From positions 37,634 through 101,633 of the forward strand of contig QCDI01000007.1 of the NCBI GenBank assembly GCA_003280965.1: a stretch of 64,000 bases of DNA, given 5' to 3'. Position 1 is the first letter of the stretch. Each line of letters begins with the position of its first letter. Source of the stretch: Prochlorococcus sp. AG-355-B18. GTDB lineage: Bacteria; Cyanobacteriota; Cyanobacteriia; PCC-6307; Cyanobiaceae. Positions 17,833-28,471 of the stretch are shown here, piece after piece. The notes beneath the pieces are model-generated. The model did not search any database. It was not told the origin of the DNA and saw nothing but the letters and a program-made list of their open reading frames with translations. A program made the translations under genes and the position numbers.

Positions 17833-18041
17833 TACTGCCATCCTCCTCTTTTGCCTTGTAACCATTCCACTATTTGGAACACCCAAAAACCTACTCTGCC
17901 TTCAGATAGTTTTCTCTTTGGAGGAAATGTTTTCCCTGCTGTTCTGTTTATGGTTGAAGTTGAAATTCCACACTCTGCACAAGCACCAGAAATGGACAAA
18001 TGATGACGACCCATATCGCCTTTCACATTGAATTGATACAT
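17832..18041 (-). CDS. AlpA-family excisionase / recombination directionality factor
   Basis: GISTSTINR..TFPPKRKLSEGRVGFW...IVEWL; the longer start at 18269 lies upstream of the promoter. Confidence 0.8.
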   Translation of the reverse strand: MYQFNVKGDMGRHHLSISGACAECGISTSTINRTAGKTFPPKRKLSEGRVGFWVFQIVEWLQGKRGGWQ

Positions 18042-18067
18042 GAATAAATTAATTACAAACGGACTTA

Positions 18068-18091
18068 AGTTGACCCTTTTGGGTCTATTCA
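18068..18091 (-). repeat. 24-bp leader motif, copy 2
   Basis: 23/24 identical to 6677-6700. Confidence 0.8.
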
Positions 18092-18162
18092 ATTTTTTGG
18101 TCAATATTGCTTTCTTAAATTCGGGCGTATCTACCTGATCTTGCCTTCCTTTATACCCTAAT

Positions 18163-18191
18163 ATTATAGCACTAGATTGTAGTCGTGTCAA
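18163..18191 (-). promoter_or_regulatory. Perfect sigma70 promoter of xis-int
   Basis: TTGACA (18191-18186), 17 nt, TATAAT (18168-18163), with a TGn extended -10. Confidence 0.8.
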
Positions 18192-18216
18192 CTGTTCTGG
18201 GGGAATTCGACCCCAA

Positions 18217-18240
18217 AAAATGACCTCTAAAATGACCTCT
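18217..18240. repeat. Tandem AAAATGACCTCT x2
   Basis: Exact 12-bp tandem between the promoter and the arm sites. Confidence 0.7.
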
Positions 18241-18268
18241 GGAATGGGTCTTTCAAATAAAAAGTTCA

Positions 18269-18288
18269 TGGTCGTGAAATGGTCGTGA
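18269..18288 (+). repeat. Two TGGTCGTGA arm-type repeats
   Basis: 11-bp spacing, same orientation as the left-end copies. Confidence 0.8.
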
Positions 18289-18359
18289 AATATATCTTTT
18301 TCTTCGATTTCTTATATCAGGTTCAGTCAGGCACTATCACGAAATATCAACCCGACTTT

Positions 18360-18372
18360 CGCCCGGGGAGTT
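18360..18372 (+). repeat. attR core CGCCCGGGGAGTT
   Basis: Duplicate of the tRNA-Asn 3' end. Confidence 0.9.
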
Positions 18373-18394
18373 TATAAATACTAAAAAGTTATCC

Positions 18395-18422
18395 AAAGTC
18401 ACCCTAATAAGGTGACTTTTTT
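18395..18422 (+). terminator. Probable original tRNA-Asn terminator, displaced by the insertion
   Basis: AAAGTCACC-ctaataa-GGTGACTTT plus T run, 22 nt after attR. Confidence 0.75.
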
Positions 18423-18706
18423 ACTTCTTTGCCCCCTTTCCTATCAAATAGTGGTTAGCCGAAAATATAATCAAGTATATTTGATATAATATTAAGAACA
18501 GTATTTAGAACATTAAAAATCATCAATTAATAAAAATCTTAAAAATGATTAATTATTATAAAAAATGTTTTTTTGGAACAGTAATCAGAACATTTACTTA
18601 ATTCTCCATAAAAATGAAAAAATAAGCTCTTTGATTGATCTTCAATTTTAAAATTAAGACATATTTTTGTTTGTATCGTTTGAGTTAATACACCATTAAG
18701 CAGATT

Positions 18707-19066
18707 CTAGTCATCCCACATATCCTTTTTATCTTGATCCAAATTATTCCTTTCAAGTAATTCTATTCTTTGCTTTTGAGAATCTATTTCTGTTTCAATT
18801 ACGTTTTTATCGTCAATGTATTTTGTTTGTATTTCTAAGATATTTATTTCAAATTGTTCTCCAAAAAAATCTGACATTTCTCTCCATGCTTCCATTTCCT
18901 CTTCTTTGCCAATAGTATCGTTTATCTGATGAGAAATAATTTCTAATACATATTGTTTAAGTTCTTGATGACTCATCGATTCAACTTTTTTTTGAATGTA
19001 AAGTTCTTTAAGAGTTTCTAGTTGTTTTTTTGATAAGTCAGAATAGATAATAGACTTCTTTTTCAT
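18707..19066 (-). CDS. Conserved hypothetical protein
   Basis: 119-aa acidic helical ORF ending DMWDD. Confidence 0.7.
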   Translation of the reverse strand: MKKKSIIYSDLSKKQLETLKELYIQKKVESMSHQELKQYVLEIISHQINDTIGKEEEMEAWREMSDFFGEQFEINILEIQTKYIDDKNVIETEIDSQKQRIELLERNNLDQDKKDMWDD

Positions 19067-19469
19067 AGATAATTAAATTTTTTTCAATATAGACAAAATT
19101 AAGAATTTAAACATTTTGGAGAAATTAAAAAATTTTAAACTTAGTTAATTCTTATTTAAAAATAGAAAATCTCCAATAAATACAATTTTTTTGAAAACTT
19201 ATAATGGCAATCTGATTTAGATATTCTTTCAATTTGAACCATTATTTGTTTCTAATAATCCTTTGATTATTAAGAAAAAGTAAATAGAATCGAAAGAAAT
19301 TATAAAATTTAAACTAATTTAAAATTACAATTTCTTTCTAATCCCCTGTAATTATTGAATTATTTGATAAAACAATTGATAAAATTGTTTACACAAATTC
19401 AGCAATCTCTATAAATTCTTGAGAGAATCGTATTACCAAAACTTTATTTTAATTTAATAGTTTATAAAT

Positions 19470-20252
19470 ATGAAAATTTCAATCCTCTTAATCGAAGATG
19501 ATCGTGATATGCGTGATTTAGTGGCAGGGCATTTAGAACATTCTGGATTCGATGTTCAAAAAGCTGAAGATGGAATTAAAGGACAAGCTTTAGCTCTTCA
19601 ATACTCACCTGATTTAATACTTTTAGATTTAATGTTGCCAAGTGTTGATGGATTAACTTTATGCCAGCGACTTAGAAGGGATGAAAGAACATCAAATATC
19701 CCAATTTTGATGATAACTGCACTAGGTGGCCTTAAAGATAAAGTGACTGGGTTTAATTCAGGAGCAGATGATTACATTACAAAACCATTTGATCTAGAAG
19801 AGTTACATGTGCGCATAAAAGCATTATTGAGGAGAACAAACAGAGCACAATTGAATTCTAGTAACCAGCAAGAAATACTAAATTATGGCCCTTTGACTCT
19901 TGTTCCTGAGAGATTTGAAGCTATCTGGTTTGAATCACCTGTTAGATTAACGCATCTTGAGTTTGAATTGCTCCATTGCCTTTTGCAGAGGCATGGTCAA
20001 ACTGTATCGCCAGCATTAATTCTTAAAGAAGTATGGGGATATGAACCTGATGATGATATTGAGACAATAAGAGTTCATATTAGACACTTACGCACTAAGC
20101 TAGAGCCGGATCCACGTAAACCTTTATACATAAAAACTGTATATGGCGCGGGATATTGTCTTGAGCTACCCATCGGTTCTCAAGTCGAAACTGCAAGGCA
20201 AGAGTTTATTCAAGCAAGAAATCCGAATTTGATAAATTCTGCTGTTGATTGA
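19470..20252 (+). CDS. rpaA: OmpR-family response regulator RpaA
   Basis: Receiver domain plus w[31 protein letters not shown]. Confidence 0.92.
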   Translation: MKISILLIEDDRDMRDLVAGHLEHSGFDVQKAEDGIKGQALALQYSPDLILLDLMLPSVDGLTLCQRLRRDERTSNIPILMITALGGLKDKVTGFNSGADDYITKPFDLEELHVRIKALLRRTNRAQLNSSNQQEILNYGPLTLVPERFEAIWFESPVRLTHLEFELLHCLLQRHGQTVSPALILKEVWGYEPDDDIETIRVHIRHLRTKLEPDPRKPLYIKTVYGAGYCLELPIGSQVETARQEFIQARNPNLINSAVD

Positions 20253-20254
20253 TT

Positions 20255-21217
20255 TTATGTATGTTGCATTGAAATTTTTAAAAAAGTAACTTCCCAAGCT
20301 AACCTAGGTTGAATCTTTTGTTTTAAGAGGTATTTTAAATTTTCAAGCTTTTTTACTACATCAATGTTTTTTGTCTTTCTCCACCAAATATTTTGAATTA
20401 AATTGACTAAATAAATCTGTTGATAAATCTCTAATTTTTCAGATATTAACTTTGAGATCTCTAATATTTCAAGACTACTTTTTATTGGAGAATCTAATTT
20501 ATTTATAATTTCATCTGAAAAATCATTCCAAATTTCAATATTTTTCAATAATTGATTTGGAGATCCATTTGCAGAGTTTATTAAATCATCAAATTTAAAA
20601 TTTGAATTTCTATTTAATTTGGAAGTATCAAAATATTCTTTTAAAATTGACTTTAATTGTTTACTAGAAAAAGATCGAAATCTGACGATTTGACATCTTG
20701 AGATGATCGTTTCTAAGAGAAGGTTTAATTTAGACGTTAGTAAAATAAAAATCCCGTTACTAGGTTCTTCTAAGGTTTTTAAAAGGCAATTTGAGGCTGC
20801 TTCGTTTAAGAGGTGTGCATCAATAATCAAAACAACTTTTTTTTCTGAGTTTATTGATTTTTGACTAAGAAAAGTTTTGATATTACGTATTTGAGAAATT
20901 TTAATAATCTCTGATTCACTTTTTATTTTTTTTTCAAGATCGAAACTTCCTAAACTTTTTGCTGCCAAAAGAGAATCAGGTTCAATAATTAAAAAATCAG
21001 GATGGTTATTGTTTGTAATTCTCTCTTCAACATTTCCGCTTGCTGAAGAATGTTTGAAAATCTCTTTTATAAATTGAAGAGCAGTTTGCTTTTTACCTAA
21101 TCCTTCAGCACCATAAAATATATAACCATTTGCCAATGATTTGTTTTTAATTATGTTTTTAAGAAAGGTATTGACTTCTTCATTCAAGAAAAAATTATTT
21201 TTTTTAACTTCAATCAT
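20255..21217 (-). CDS. holB: DNA polymerase III delta' subunit
   Basis: [26 protein letters not shown]; adjacent to tmk. Confidence 0.9.
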   Translation of the reverse strand: MIEVKKNNFFLNEEVNTFLKNIIKNKSLANGYIFYGAEGLGKKQTALQFIKEIFKHSSASGNVEERITNNNHPDFLIIEPDSLLAAKSLGSFDLEKKIKSESEIIKISQIRNIKTFLSQKSINSEKKVVLIIDAHLLNEAASNCLLKTLEEPSNGIFILLTSKLNLLLETIISRCQIVRFRSFSSKQLKSILKEYFDTSKLNRNSNFKFDDLINSANGSPNQLLKNIEIWNDFSDEIINKLDSPIKSSLEILEISKLISEKLEIYQQIYLVNLIQNIWWRKTKNIDVVKKLENLKYLLKQKIQPRLAWEVTFLKISMQHT

Positions 21218-21852
21218 TTGTTATTAGAAAAATTATTTAGCAAAGTCTCTTTAATTTGATTTGAAATAGTTTTAATATTTTGTGAAGCAGATATTACTTT
21301 CCAATTTTTTTGTTTGGCAATTAGTTTGAAGCCCTCATTTACTTTTTCTAAAAATCTAATACCTTCTGATTCTATTCTGTCTGGAATTTCATTTTTTCTT
21401 CGGAATATGCTCTCTTCTGGAGAAATTTCTAAGAAGAAAGTTATATCTGGAGATGCCCCTTGACACACAATAGATTCAATATTTTTAATTATTTCTAAAT
21501 TTATATTTCTTCCATAACCTTGATAAGCCAGTGTGGAATCGGAAAATCTATCACTTATTACCCAATCATTGTTATTTAAAGCAGGTGAGATAATTTTGGA
21601 AACATGTTCAGCTCTATCTGCTGAATAAAGCAATAATTCTGCAAGAGATGAAGGCTTGTTATTTTCATCATTATCAAGAATCAGTGCTCTAAGTTTTTTT
21701 CCTAAAAGGCTGCCTCCAGGCTCTCTTGTTGTGATTAATTTAGACCCTTTCTTTATTAGACCACTATTAGGAAGCCATTTAGATAGTTCATCTATTTGGG
21801 TAGTTTTACCACATCCATCAATACCCTCAATAACTATAAATTTTCCCTTCAT
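21214..21852 (-). CDS. tmk: Thymidylate kinase
   Basis: [26 protein letters not shown]. Confidence 0.95.
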   Translation of the reverse strand: MKGKFIVIEGIDGCGKTTQIDELSKWLPNSGLIKKGSKLITTREPGGSLLGKKLRALILDNDENNKPSSLAELLLYSADRAEHVSKIISPALNNNDWVISDRFSDSTLAYQGYGRNINLEIIKNIESIVCQGASPDITFFLEISPEESIFRRKNEIPDRIESEGIRFLEKVNEGFKLIAKQKNWKVISASQNIKTISNQIKETLLNNFSNNK

Positions 21853-24147
21853 TTAATCCAAAGATAAAGCATTAATTACAACTGTAATAGAGCTAATAGC
21901 CATCAATAATGCTGCTATTGAGGGAGTTAAAAGAATACCGTATTTAGGGAATAAAATGCCGGCGGCTAAAGGTATAGCTAGTAAGTTGTAACCAAAGGCC
22001 CATGTTAGATTTTGCTTTATTTTTCTTATAGTTTTTTTTGCAAGTTTTAAGGCGTAGGGTAATCCACTTAATTTATCTCCCATTAATACTACATCTGCAT
22101 TTGCCTTGGCTATTTGAGTCCCTGATCCTACCGCAATTCCTAAGTCTGAGGATGCTAAGGCTGGGACATCATTAATACCATCACCAATCATTGCTACTTT
22201 ATTATTAATTTTTAAATTTTCTATAGTCTTTAGCTTCATTTCAGGAAGAAGATCCCATTTTACTTCTGCTTCTTTACACCCAATTTTTTTTGCTAAAGCT
22301 AAAACTGTTTGTTTCCTATCGCCACTTAAAATGTTAATTTTAAATTTGTTTTCTCTCAAATTTTGAACTGTATTAATAGAATCATCTCTGAGTAAATCTC
22401 CAAGTAAAATAAATCCTAATAACTTATCTTTGATACTTACTCCAATGATAGTGTTCGTTTTTGTTTCTTCATTTTCAATGACTTTTTTTGCATCACTATC
22501 AATAATTATTCCTTTGTTTAGTAGCCATTCAATATTTCCAATATTAATAAGTCCATCAATTGACTCAAGTTCTCCAGAAATACCTCGCCCTGAATGAGTG
22601 AAAATTTTTTTTATTGGAAATAAAGTTAAATTTTGCTTTTTTGCCTCTTGAATTAAGGCATCTGCGATAGGATGTCTGCTTTCTTTTTCTAAACTGGCAG
22701 CTATTTTTAATAAAAATGCATGATCATCATTATTTTTGTAATCAACAATAAAAGGCTTACCTTTTGTTAAAGTGCCTGTCTTGTCAAAAATAATGTGATT
22801 AATTTTCGAAGCCATCTCTATTTTATCCCCGCCTTTAAATAAAACTCCTTTTTTTGCTGCTTTACCTGATGCGACAGTGATTACTGTTGGGGTGGCTAAA
22901 CCTAATGCACAAGGACAGGCTATCACTAAAACGGCAATTGATAATTGAATTGCTAAACTCAGGAAATTCTCTGCATTACTACCAAGCGAACTATGAAGTG
23001 TATGGTTTGAGTGAGTGATTAATTCATGCTTGTGATTTAATAAATCAGGCCATATGTTTATTGCCCCTTTCCACCAAAAGAAGAAGGTTGAAGTAGCAAA
23101 AATAAGTACAAAGTAAGTAAATTTACCTGCAATTTCATCAGCAATGCTTTGAATGCGAGGTTTGCTAGCGTTTACAGACTCAATAAGATTTACAAGTTTT
23201 GCAAGAGAAGAATCTCCTCCAACCTTTTGTACTTTAAGTCTAAGAGTTGAATTAAGATTTAAAGACCCACTAGATAGATTTTCGCCTTCTTTTACTTCTA
23301 TAGGTTTGGATTCACCAGTAATATGTGAAACATCAACATATGAATTACCTCGGGTAACAATGCAGTCAGCAGGTACTCTGTCTCCTGCTAAAACTTGAAT
23401 CTCTTGCTCAGGTCTTAAAGTGTTCACTCTTATTGACTTTATTTGATTGTCTTCTGTGAAGATATTTGCCATTTCAGGTTGAAGATCTAATAATTCTCCA
23501 ATGGATGAACCAGTTTGATATTTTGCTCTTTCTTCTAAGTAACGCCCAATCAGTATGAAGCCTAACAGCATAACTGGCTCATTAAAAAAACAAGGAAAAC
23601 CAGTGGCAGGAAATATTAAGGATAGAAGACTTGTTGTATATGCGCTAATTACTCCAAGAGCTACTAAAGAATCCATATCTGGGTGGTTCTTAATAAATGA
23701 TTTAAATCCATTAATAATTATTCCTCTGCCAGGAAATAATAGAGCTAACGTTGCTAATGAAGCGTGAAAAAATATATTACCTAATATTGGAAAATTTATA
23801 TATTTTCCTTCTGCCAGATGACCTAATCCTGAAAATAATAAAAGTAATAGGGCAAAAGTTAGTTTTTTCCATTGATTATTCCACTTCTTTTTTTTTTCTA
23901 ATTCTGCTTTATTTATTTTTTTTGAAAAATCATTTATGTAAATCTTTGATGGGAAACCATTCTCTTTTAGATTTTCGAGAACTGATTCTATTTCTATATG
24001 TTTCTGGGTAATTTCAAAATAAGCACTTTCAGTGAGCAAGTTAACAGAAACATTTTCAATACCATCCGAATTATTCAATATTTTTTCAACAGTACTAACA
24101 CAACCTCCGCACTTCATTCCTTTAACGCTTAATTGAATGCTCTCCAT
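21853..24147 (-). CDS. P1B-type Cu-transporting ATPase (CtaA-like)
   Basis: GMKCGGC HMA domain, CPCALGLA, DKTGT, GDGIND. Confidence 0.92.
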   Translation of the reverse strand: MESIQLSVKGMKCGGCVSTVEKILNNSDGIENVSVNLLTESAYFEITQKHIEIESVLENLKENGFPSKIYINDFSKKINKAELEKKKKWNNQWKKLTFALLLLLFSGLGHLAEGKYINFPILGNIFFHASLATLALLFPGRGIIINGFKSFIKNHPDMDSLVALGVISAYTTSLLSLIFPATGFPCFFNEPVMLLGFILIGRYLEERAKYQTGSSIGELLDLQPEMANIFTEDNQIKSIRVNTLRPEQEIQVLAGDRVPADCIVTRGNSYVDVSHITGESKPIEVKEGENLSSGSLNLNSTLRLKVQKVGGDSSLAKLVNLIESVNASKPRIQSIADEIAGKFTYFVLIFATSTFFFWWKGAINIWPDLLNHKHELITHSNHTLHSSLGSNAENFLSLAIQLSIAVLVIACPCALGLATPTVITVASGKAAKKGVLFKGGDKIEMASKINHIIFDKTGTLTKGKPFIVDYKNNDDHAFLLKIAASLEKESRHPIADALIQEAKKQNLTLFPIKKIFTHSGRGISGELESIDGLINIGNIEWLLNKGIIIDSDAKKVIENEETKTNTIIGVSIKDKLLGFILLGDLLRDDSINTVQNLRENKFKINILSGDRKQTVLALAKKIGCKEAEVKWDLLPEMKLKTIENLKINNKVAMIGDGINDVPALASSDLGIAVGSGTQIAKANADVVLMGDKLSGLPYALKLAKKTIRKIKQNLTWAFGYNLLAIPLAAGILFPKYGILLTPSIAALLMAISSITVVINALSLD

Positions 24148-24268
24148 ATTTTTTACGATAGAAGCAAATTAATGTTTGACTTTATATTTAAGTATAATAA
24201 TAAATGTAATAGACTTTTTAAATAGTTATTTTTTAAATTACTATATTAATTTCATTAGACTTTGAGCA

Positions 24269-24790
24269 GTGCCTAGTAATCAAAACAGAGACAATTTTAT
24301 TGATAAGGCTTTTACTGTAATTGCTGAATCTATTGTAAAAATAATGCCTATCGCTGAGAAAGAAAAAAAGGCATATATTTATTATAGAGATGGCTTAGCA
24401 GCACAAAATAATGGGGATTATTCGGAAGCATTAGAGTATTACAAAGAGAGCTTACTGCTTGAAGAAAATAAAATTGATAGGGGTGAGACCTTAAAAAATA
24501 TGGCTATTATATATATGAGTAACGGTGAAGAGGATTTGTCTATTGAAACTTATGAAAAAGCATTAATAGAAAATCCCAAACAGCCATCATGCTTGAAAAA
24601 TATAGGTTTAATTTATGAAAAAAGGGGAAGATATGCTGAGCAAAATGGTGATTTAGATCAGAGAGATATTTGGTTTGATAAAGCTGCTGAAGTCTGGTCT
24701 AAAGCAGTGAGACTTTATCCAGGTGGTTATCTAGATATTGAAAATTGGTTGAAAAACTCAGGCAGAAGCTCAATTGATATGTACCTTTGA
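24269..24790 (+). CDS. ycf3: Photosystem I assembly protein Ycf3
   Basis: [19 protein letters not shown] repeats. Confidence 0.93.
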   Translation: MPSNQNRDNFIDKAFTVIAESIVKIMPIAEKEKKAYIYYRDGLAAQNNGDYSEALEYYKESLLLEENKIDRGETLKNMAIIYMSNGEEDLSIETYEKALIENPKQPSCLKNIGLIYEKRGRYAEQNGDLDQRDIWFDKAAEVWSKAVRLYPGGYLDIENWLKNSGRSSIDMYL

Positions 24791-24795
24791 TTTTT

Positions 24796-26157
24796 TTATT
24801 TTGATAAAGAATAATCAACTGCTTCTTTAATATTAGATATCTCTTTGATATTTATTAAATTTTGAAAATTATTATTTAGTTTCTCATCTAGTTTTGGCAC
24901 TACGATATTTTTAATCCCTAGTCTTACAGCTTCTTCTATCTTTGTCCGAAGGTTATTCGATTTTCTAACCTGACCGCTCAAACCCAATTCTCCAATAAAT
25001 GAGCTACTCGCCAAAGGAGGAATATTTTTCAAACTTGATAAAATTGATATTGCTACACCTAAGTCAGATGATGGATCATTAATCTCAAAACCCCCACCAG
25101 TAGCAATATAACAATCAAATTCAGATAATTTTATCCCTACGTGTTTTTCAATTACAGCTAGAATTTGATGCAATCTATTTATGCTTATTCCAGTTGTAGT
25201 TCGTCTTGGGTTACTGTAGAAAGTTTTGTTGACCAGTGCTTGTATATCAACTGCTAATGGTCGAGAGCCTTCATTTGTAATTGTAGTTGTTACACCTGAA
25301 ATATTTTCTTTATTTGTAAAAATTGAACTAGGGTTTTTTATCTCTCGTAAACCCTCTTCAAGCATTTCAAAAAGTCCAATCTCGAAGGTCGATCCAAATC
25401 GATTTTTAATACTTCTTAGTAATCTATGTGAGGAAATACTATCTCCTTCAAAGTTAATTACTGTATCAACTAAATGTTCTAGAGTTTTAGGGCCAGCTAA
25501 AGCACCATCTTTGGTTACATGACCGATTATTAGAAGAGCAACATTATTCTCTTTGGCAAGATTTTGCAATTCAGATGAACATTCTCTAACTTGAGAAACA
25601 GATCCTGGAGAACTTTGCATTTCATGATTATGGATGGCTTGAATACTATCAATAATTGCGAAACTTGGATTGACACGTTTGATCTCTTCAATAATTAGGG
25701 ATAAATTGGTTTCTGCAAAAATTTTTAAATCAATACTTTTTTGATTTAATCTTTCCCATCTAATTTTTACTTGTTCTAAAGATTCTTCTGCAGTTATATA
25801 TAAAACTTTCTCATTAAGAGATATTTTTCCTGCTGATTGAAGAACTATTGTGCTTTTACCTATACCTGGTTCTCCTCCTAGTAAAACAAAAGATCCAGGT
25901 ACTATTCCACCTCCAAGCACTCGATCAAATTCTCTAAAACCACTCGTAAATCTTGATATCTTTTTTGATGAAATCTCATTAAACGGAATAGATTTTTTAT
26001 TATTTTTTATATTTTTTATTTCTTGATATTTAGTTCTCTTACTTTTTATTTCTTCAACAATGGAATTCCATGAGTTGCAATTTAGACATCTACCAAAGTA
26101 TTGAGAAGTTTCAGATCCGCAATTCTGACAAATAAAAGTAGATAATTTGCTAGACAT
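24796..26157 (-). CDS. radA: DNA repair protein RadA/Sms
   Basis: C4 zinc finger, GEPGIGKST, KNRFG. Confidence 0.95.
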   Translation of the reverse strand: MSSKLSTFICQNCGSETSQYFGRCLNCNSWNSIVEEIKSKRTKYQEIKNIKNNKKSIPFNEISSKKISRFTSGFREFDRVLGGGIVPGSFVLLGGEPGIGKSTIVLQSAGKISLNEKVLYITAEESLEQVKIRWERLNQKSIDLKIFAETNLSLIIEEIKRVNPSFAIIDSIQAIHNHEMQSSPGSVSQVRECSSELQNLAKENNVALLIIGHVTKDGALAGPKTLEHLVDTVINFEGDSISSHRLLRSIKNRFGSTFEIGLFEMLEEGLREIKNPSSIFTNKENISGVTTTITNEGSRPLAVDIQALVNKTFYSNPRRTTTGISINRLHQILAVIEKHVGIKLSEFDCYIATGGGFEINDPSSDLGVAISILSSLKNIPPLASSSFIGELGLSGQVRKSNNLRTKIEEAVRLGIKNIVVPKLDEKLNNNFQNLINIKEISNIKEAVDYSLSK

Positions 26158-26264
26158 TTAGTCTCTAAATGAATTAATGGAACTAGAATGTTTGGGATAT
26201 TGCCCCTCTACAAGTTAGATTAGGTTAATAGTAAATTCTCTTACTGATTAGCTAATAGAAACAA

Positions 26265-27011
26265 ATGGCTCTATCTAGTCAAACTAAAGAAACTATACTT
26301 GTCGCAGATGACGAGGCAAGTATTAGAAGAATTCTGGAGACACGTCTCTCCATGATTGGCTACAAAGTTGTAACTGCAAGTGACGGCAAAGAAGCTCTGA
26401 GGTTATTTAATGATTATGAACCTGATTTAGTAGTTCTTGACGTCATGATGCCAAAGCTAGATGGTTATGGAGTTTGTCAAGAGTTAAGGAAAGATTCTGA
26501 TGTTCCAATTGTTATGTTAACTGCTTTAGGAGATGTTGCAGATAGGATAACAGGTTTAGAATTAGGGGCTGATGATTACGTAGTAAAACCATTTAGCCCA
26601 AAGGAGTTAGAAGCTAGAATTAGGTGCGTTCTTAGAAGAATCGACAAAGAGCAAATTCCTGGAATGCCTAATTCAGGATTAATTTTGGTTACGGATATAA
26701 AAATTGATACAAATCGAAGACAAGTTTTTAAAAGTGATGAGAGAATTAGATTAACAGGTATGGAATTTAGTCTATTAGAGCTTTTGGTTAGTAGGTCAGG
26801 AGAGCCATTTAGTAGAGGAGAGATTTTGAAAGAAGTTTGGGGATATACCCCCGAGAGACATGTAGATACTAGAGTCGTGGACGTTCATATATCAAGATTA
26901 AGATCAAAACTGGAAGCTGATCCAGCAAATCCTGAATTAATTTTGACAGCAAGGGGTACAGGATATCTTTTCCAACGGATTGTCGATATTGCTCCTTTTG
27001 ATGGTAAATAA
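26265..27011 (+). CDS. rpaB: Response regulator RpaB
   Basis: ASIRRILETRLSMIGY, WGYTPERHVDTRVVDVHISRLR. Confidence 0.93.
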   Translation: MALSSQTKETILVADDEASIRRILETRLSMIGYKVVTASDGKEALRLFNDYEPDLVVLDVMMPKLDGYGVCQELRKDSDVPIVMLTALGDVADRITGLELGADDYVVKPFSPKELEARIRCVLRRIDKEQIPGMPNSGLILVTDIKIDTNRRQVFKSDERIRLTGMEFSLLELLVSRSGEPFSRGEILKEVWGYTPERHVDTRVVDVHISRLRSKLEADPANPELILTARGTGYLFQRIVDIAPFDGK

Positions 27012-28418
27012 ATGGGGAAAGAAACAGCGCAAAAAATTAACAAGTCCAGAGCTATTAGAAGATTAGTTATTTGGTACAAAAGAAATTCGGCTGTGACCTC
27101 TATAGTTGATACTGCGGCAAGTTCTGCAGCAACGGCTAGTAATGTTGCGGGTAATATGGTTTCTGGTGCTGGATCAGTAGTAACCACAGCTAGTAATGTT
27201 GCTAGTAATGTTGCAGGTAATGTAGTTTCAAGTGCTGAATCTGTCGTTAATACTGCTAGTAGTGTAGTTTCCAATGCTAGTACAATAGCTAAAAATACAT
27301 TACAGCCATTAGTTTTTGATCCATTAAAAAGATTACAAAATAACTATAATATTTTAGATAGGGTAGAGGAATCTCAATCTAAAAGAATTTGGATTGCAGT
27401 TGATGGGATGGGTGGAGATTATGCTCCTGGTCCCATTCTTGAGGGTTGCCTAGAAGCAATAAGTAGATTTCCAATAAATATAAAGTTTGTCGGTAACATT
27501 GAAAAAGTTAAAGATGCAGCAGAAAAAACTGGTTTAGCAGAATTATTAGAAAATGAAATAGATAATAATCGTCTTGAATTAATTGATAGTGGAGAGCCTA
27601 TTGGGATGAATGAAGAAGCTACCGCGGTTAGAAAAAGGAAAAATGCCAGTATAAATGTTGCAATGGATTTAGTTAGAAATAACAAAGCTGAAGCTGTCTA
27701 TTCAGCTGGTAATTCAGGTGCCATGATGGCTTCTGCAATATTTAGAATTGGGAGATTGAAAGGAATTGAGAGACCAGCTATAGGAGCATTGTTTCCAACA
27801 AGGGATCAAACTCGTCCTGTATTAGTTTTAGATGTTGGTGCAAATACTGATTGTAAGCCATCTTATCTGCATCAATTTGCTCTTCTAGGTAATATTTATG
27901 CAAAGGATGTCCTACAAGTACAAAAACCTAAAATTGGTCTTTTAAATATCGGAGAAGAAGAATGTAAAGGTAATGATTTATCCCTAAAAACATTTGAATT
28001 ATTATCTTCTGAAAAAAGTTTTGACTTTGGAGGTAATTGTGAAGGGCGAGATGTATTATCAGGTAGTTTCGACGTAGTAGTCTGTGATGGATTTACTGGA
28101 AATATATTATTGAAATTTCTTGAATCTGTGGGAGGAGTTTTATTAGATATTTTGAGATCTGAGTTGCCACGAGGAAGGCGGGGGAAAGTTGGTTCAGCTT
28201 TTTTAAAAAGTAATCTTCTCAGAATTAAGAAAAGGTTAGATCATGCTGAACATGGAGGAGCTTTATTACTTGGGGTGAATGGTATTTGCGTTATTGGTCA
28301 TGGAAGTAGCAAATCTTTATCAGTAGTTAGTGCTCTTCGCTTGGCTCACTCTGCAGTGAGTCATAGTGTTATGGACAATTTAAATCAACTGCAAAAGCTT
28401 CAAGTTTTAAATTCATAA
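27012..28418 (+). CDS. plsX: Phosphate acyltransferase PlsX with N-terminal repeat extension
   Basis: AVDGMGGDYAP, SAGNSGA, DVGAN, CDGFTGN. Confidence 0.92.
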   Translation: MGKETAQKINKSRAIRRLVIWYKRNSAVTSIVDTAASSAATASNVAGNMVSGAGSVVTTASNVASNVAGNVVSSAESVVNTASSVVSNASTIAKNTLQPLVFDPLKRLQNNYNILDRVEESQSKRIWIAVDGMGGDYAPGPILEGCLEAISRFPINIKFVGNIEKVKDAAEKTGLAELLENEIDNNRLELIDSGEPIGMNEEATAVRKRKNASINVAMDLVRNNKAEAVYSAGNSGAMMASAIFRIGRLKGIERPAIGALFPTRDQTRPVLVLDVGANTDCKPSYLHQFALLGNIYAKDVLQVQKPKIGLLNIGEEECKGNDLSLKTFELLSSEKSFDFGGNCEGRDVLSGSFDVVVCDGFTGNILLKFLESVGGVLLDILRSELPRGRRGKVGSAFLKSNLLRIKKRLDHAEHGGALLLGVNGICVIGHGSSKSLSVVSALRLAHSAVSHSVMDNLNQLQKLQVLNS

Positions 28419-28471
28419 AACATATTGAGTCAAATTTATGTTTGACTAATATAAGTAACTAAAAAACTCTT

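Noticed and set aside
18042..18269. N-terminal half of the 145-aa ORF 17832-18269
   Set aside because: Spans the promoter and att-arm repeats; only the last ~69 aa are AlpA-like
19067..19469. Long AT-rich intergenic region before rpaA as an ncRNA or origin
   Set aside because: No convincing stems, repeats or DnaA-box cluster seen
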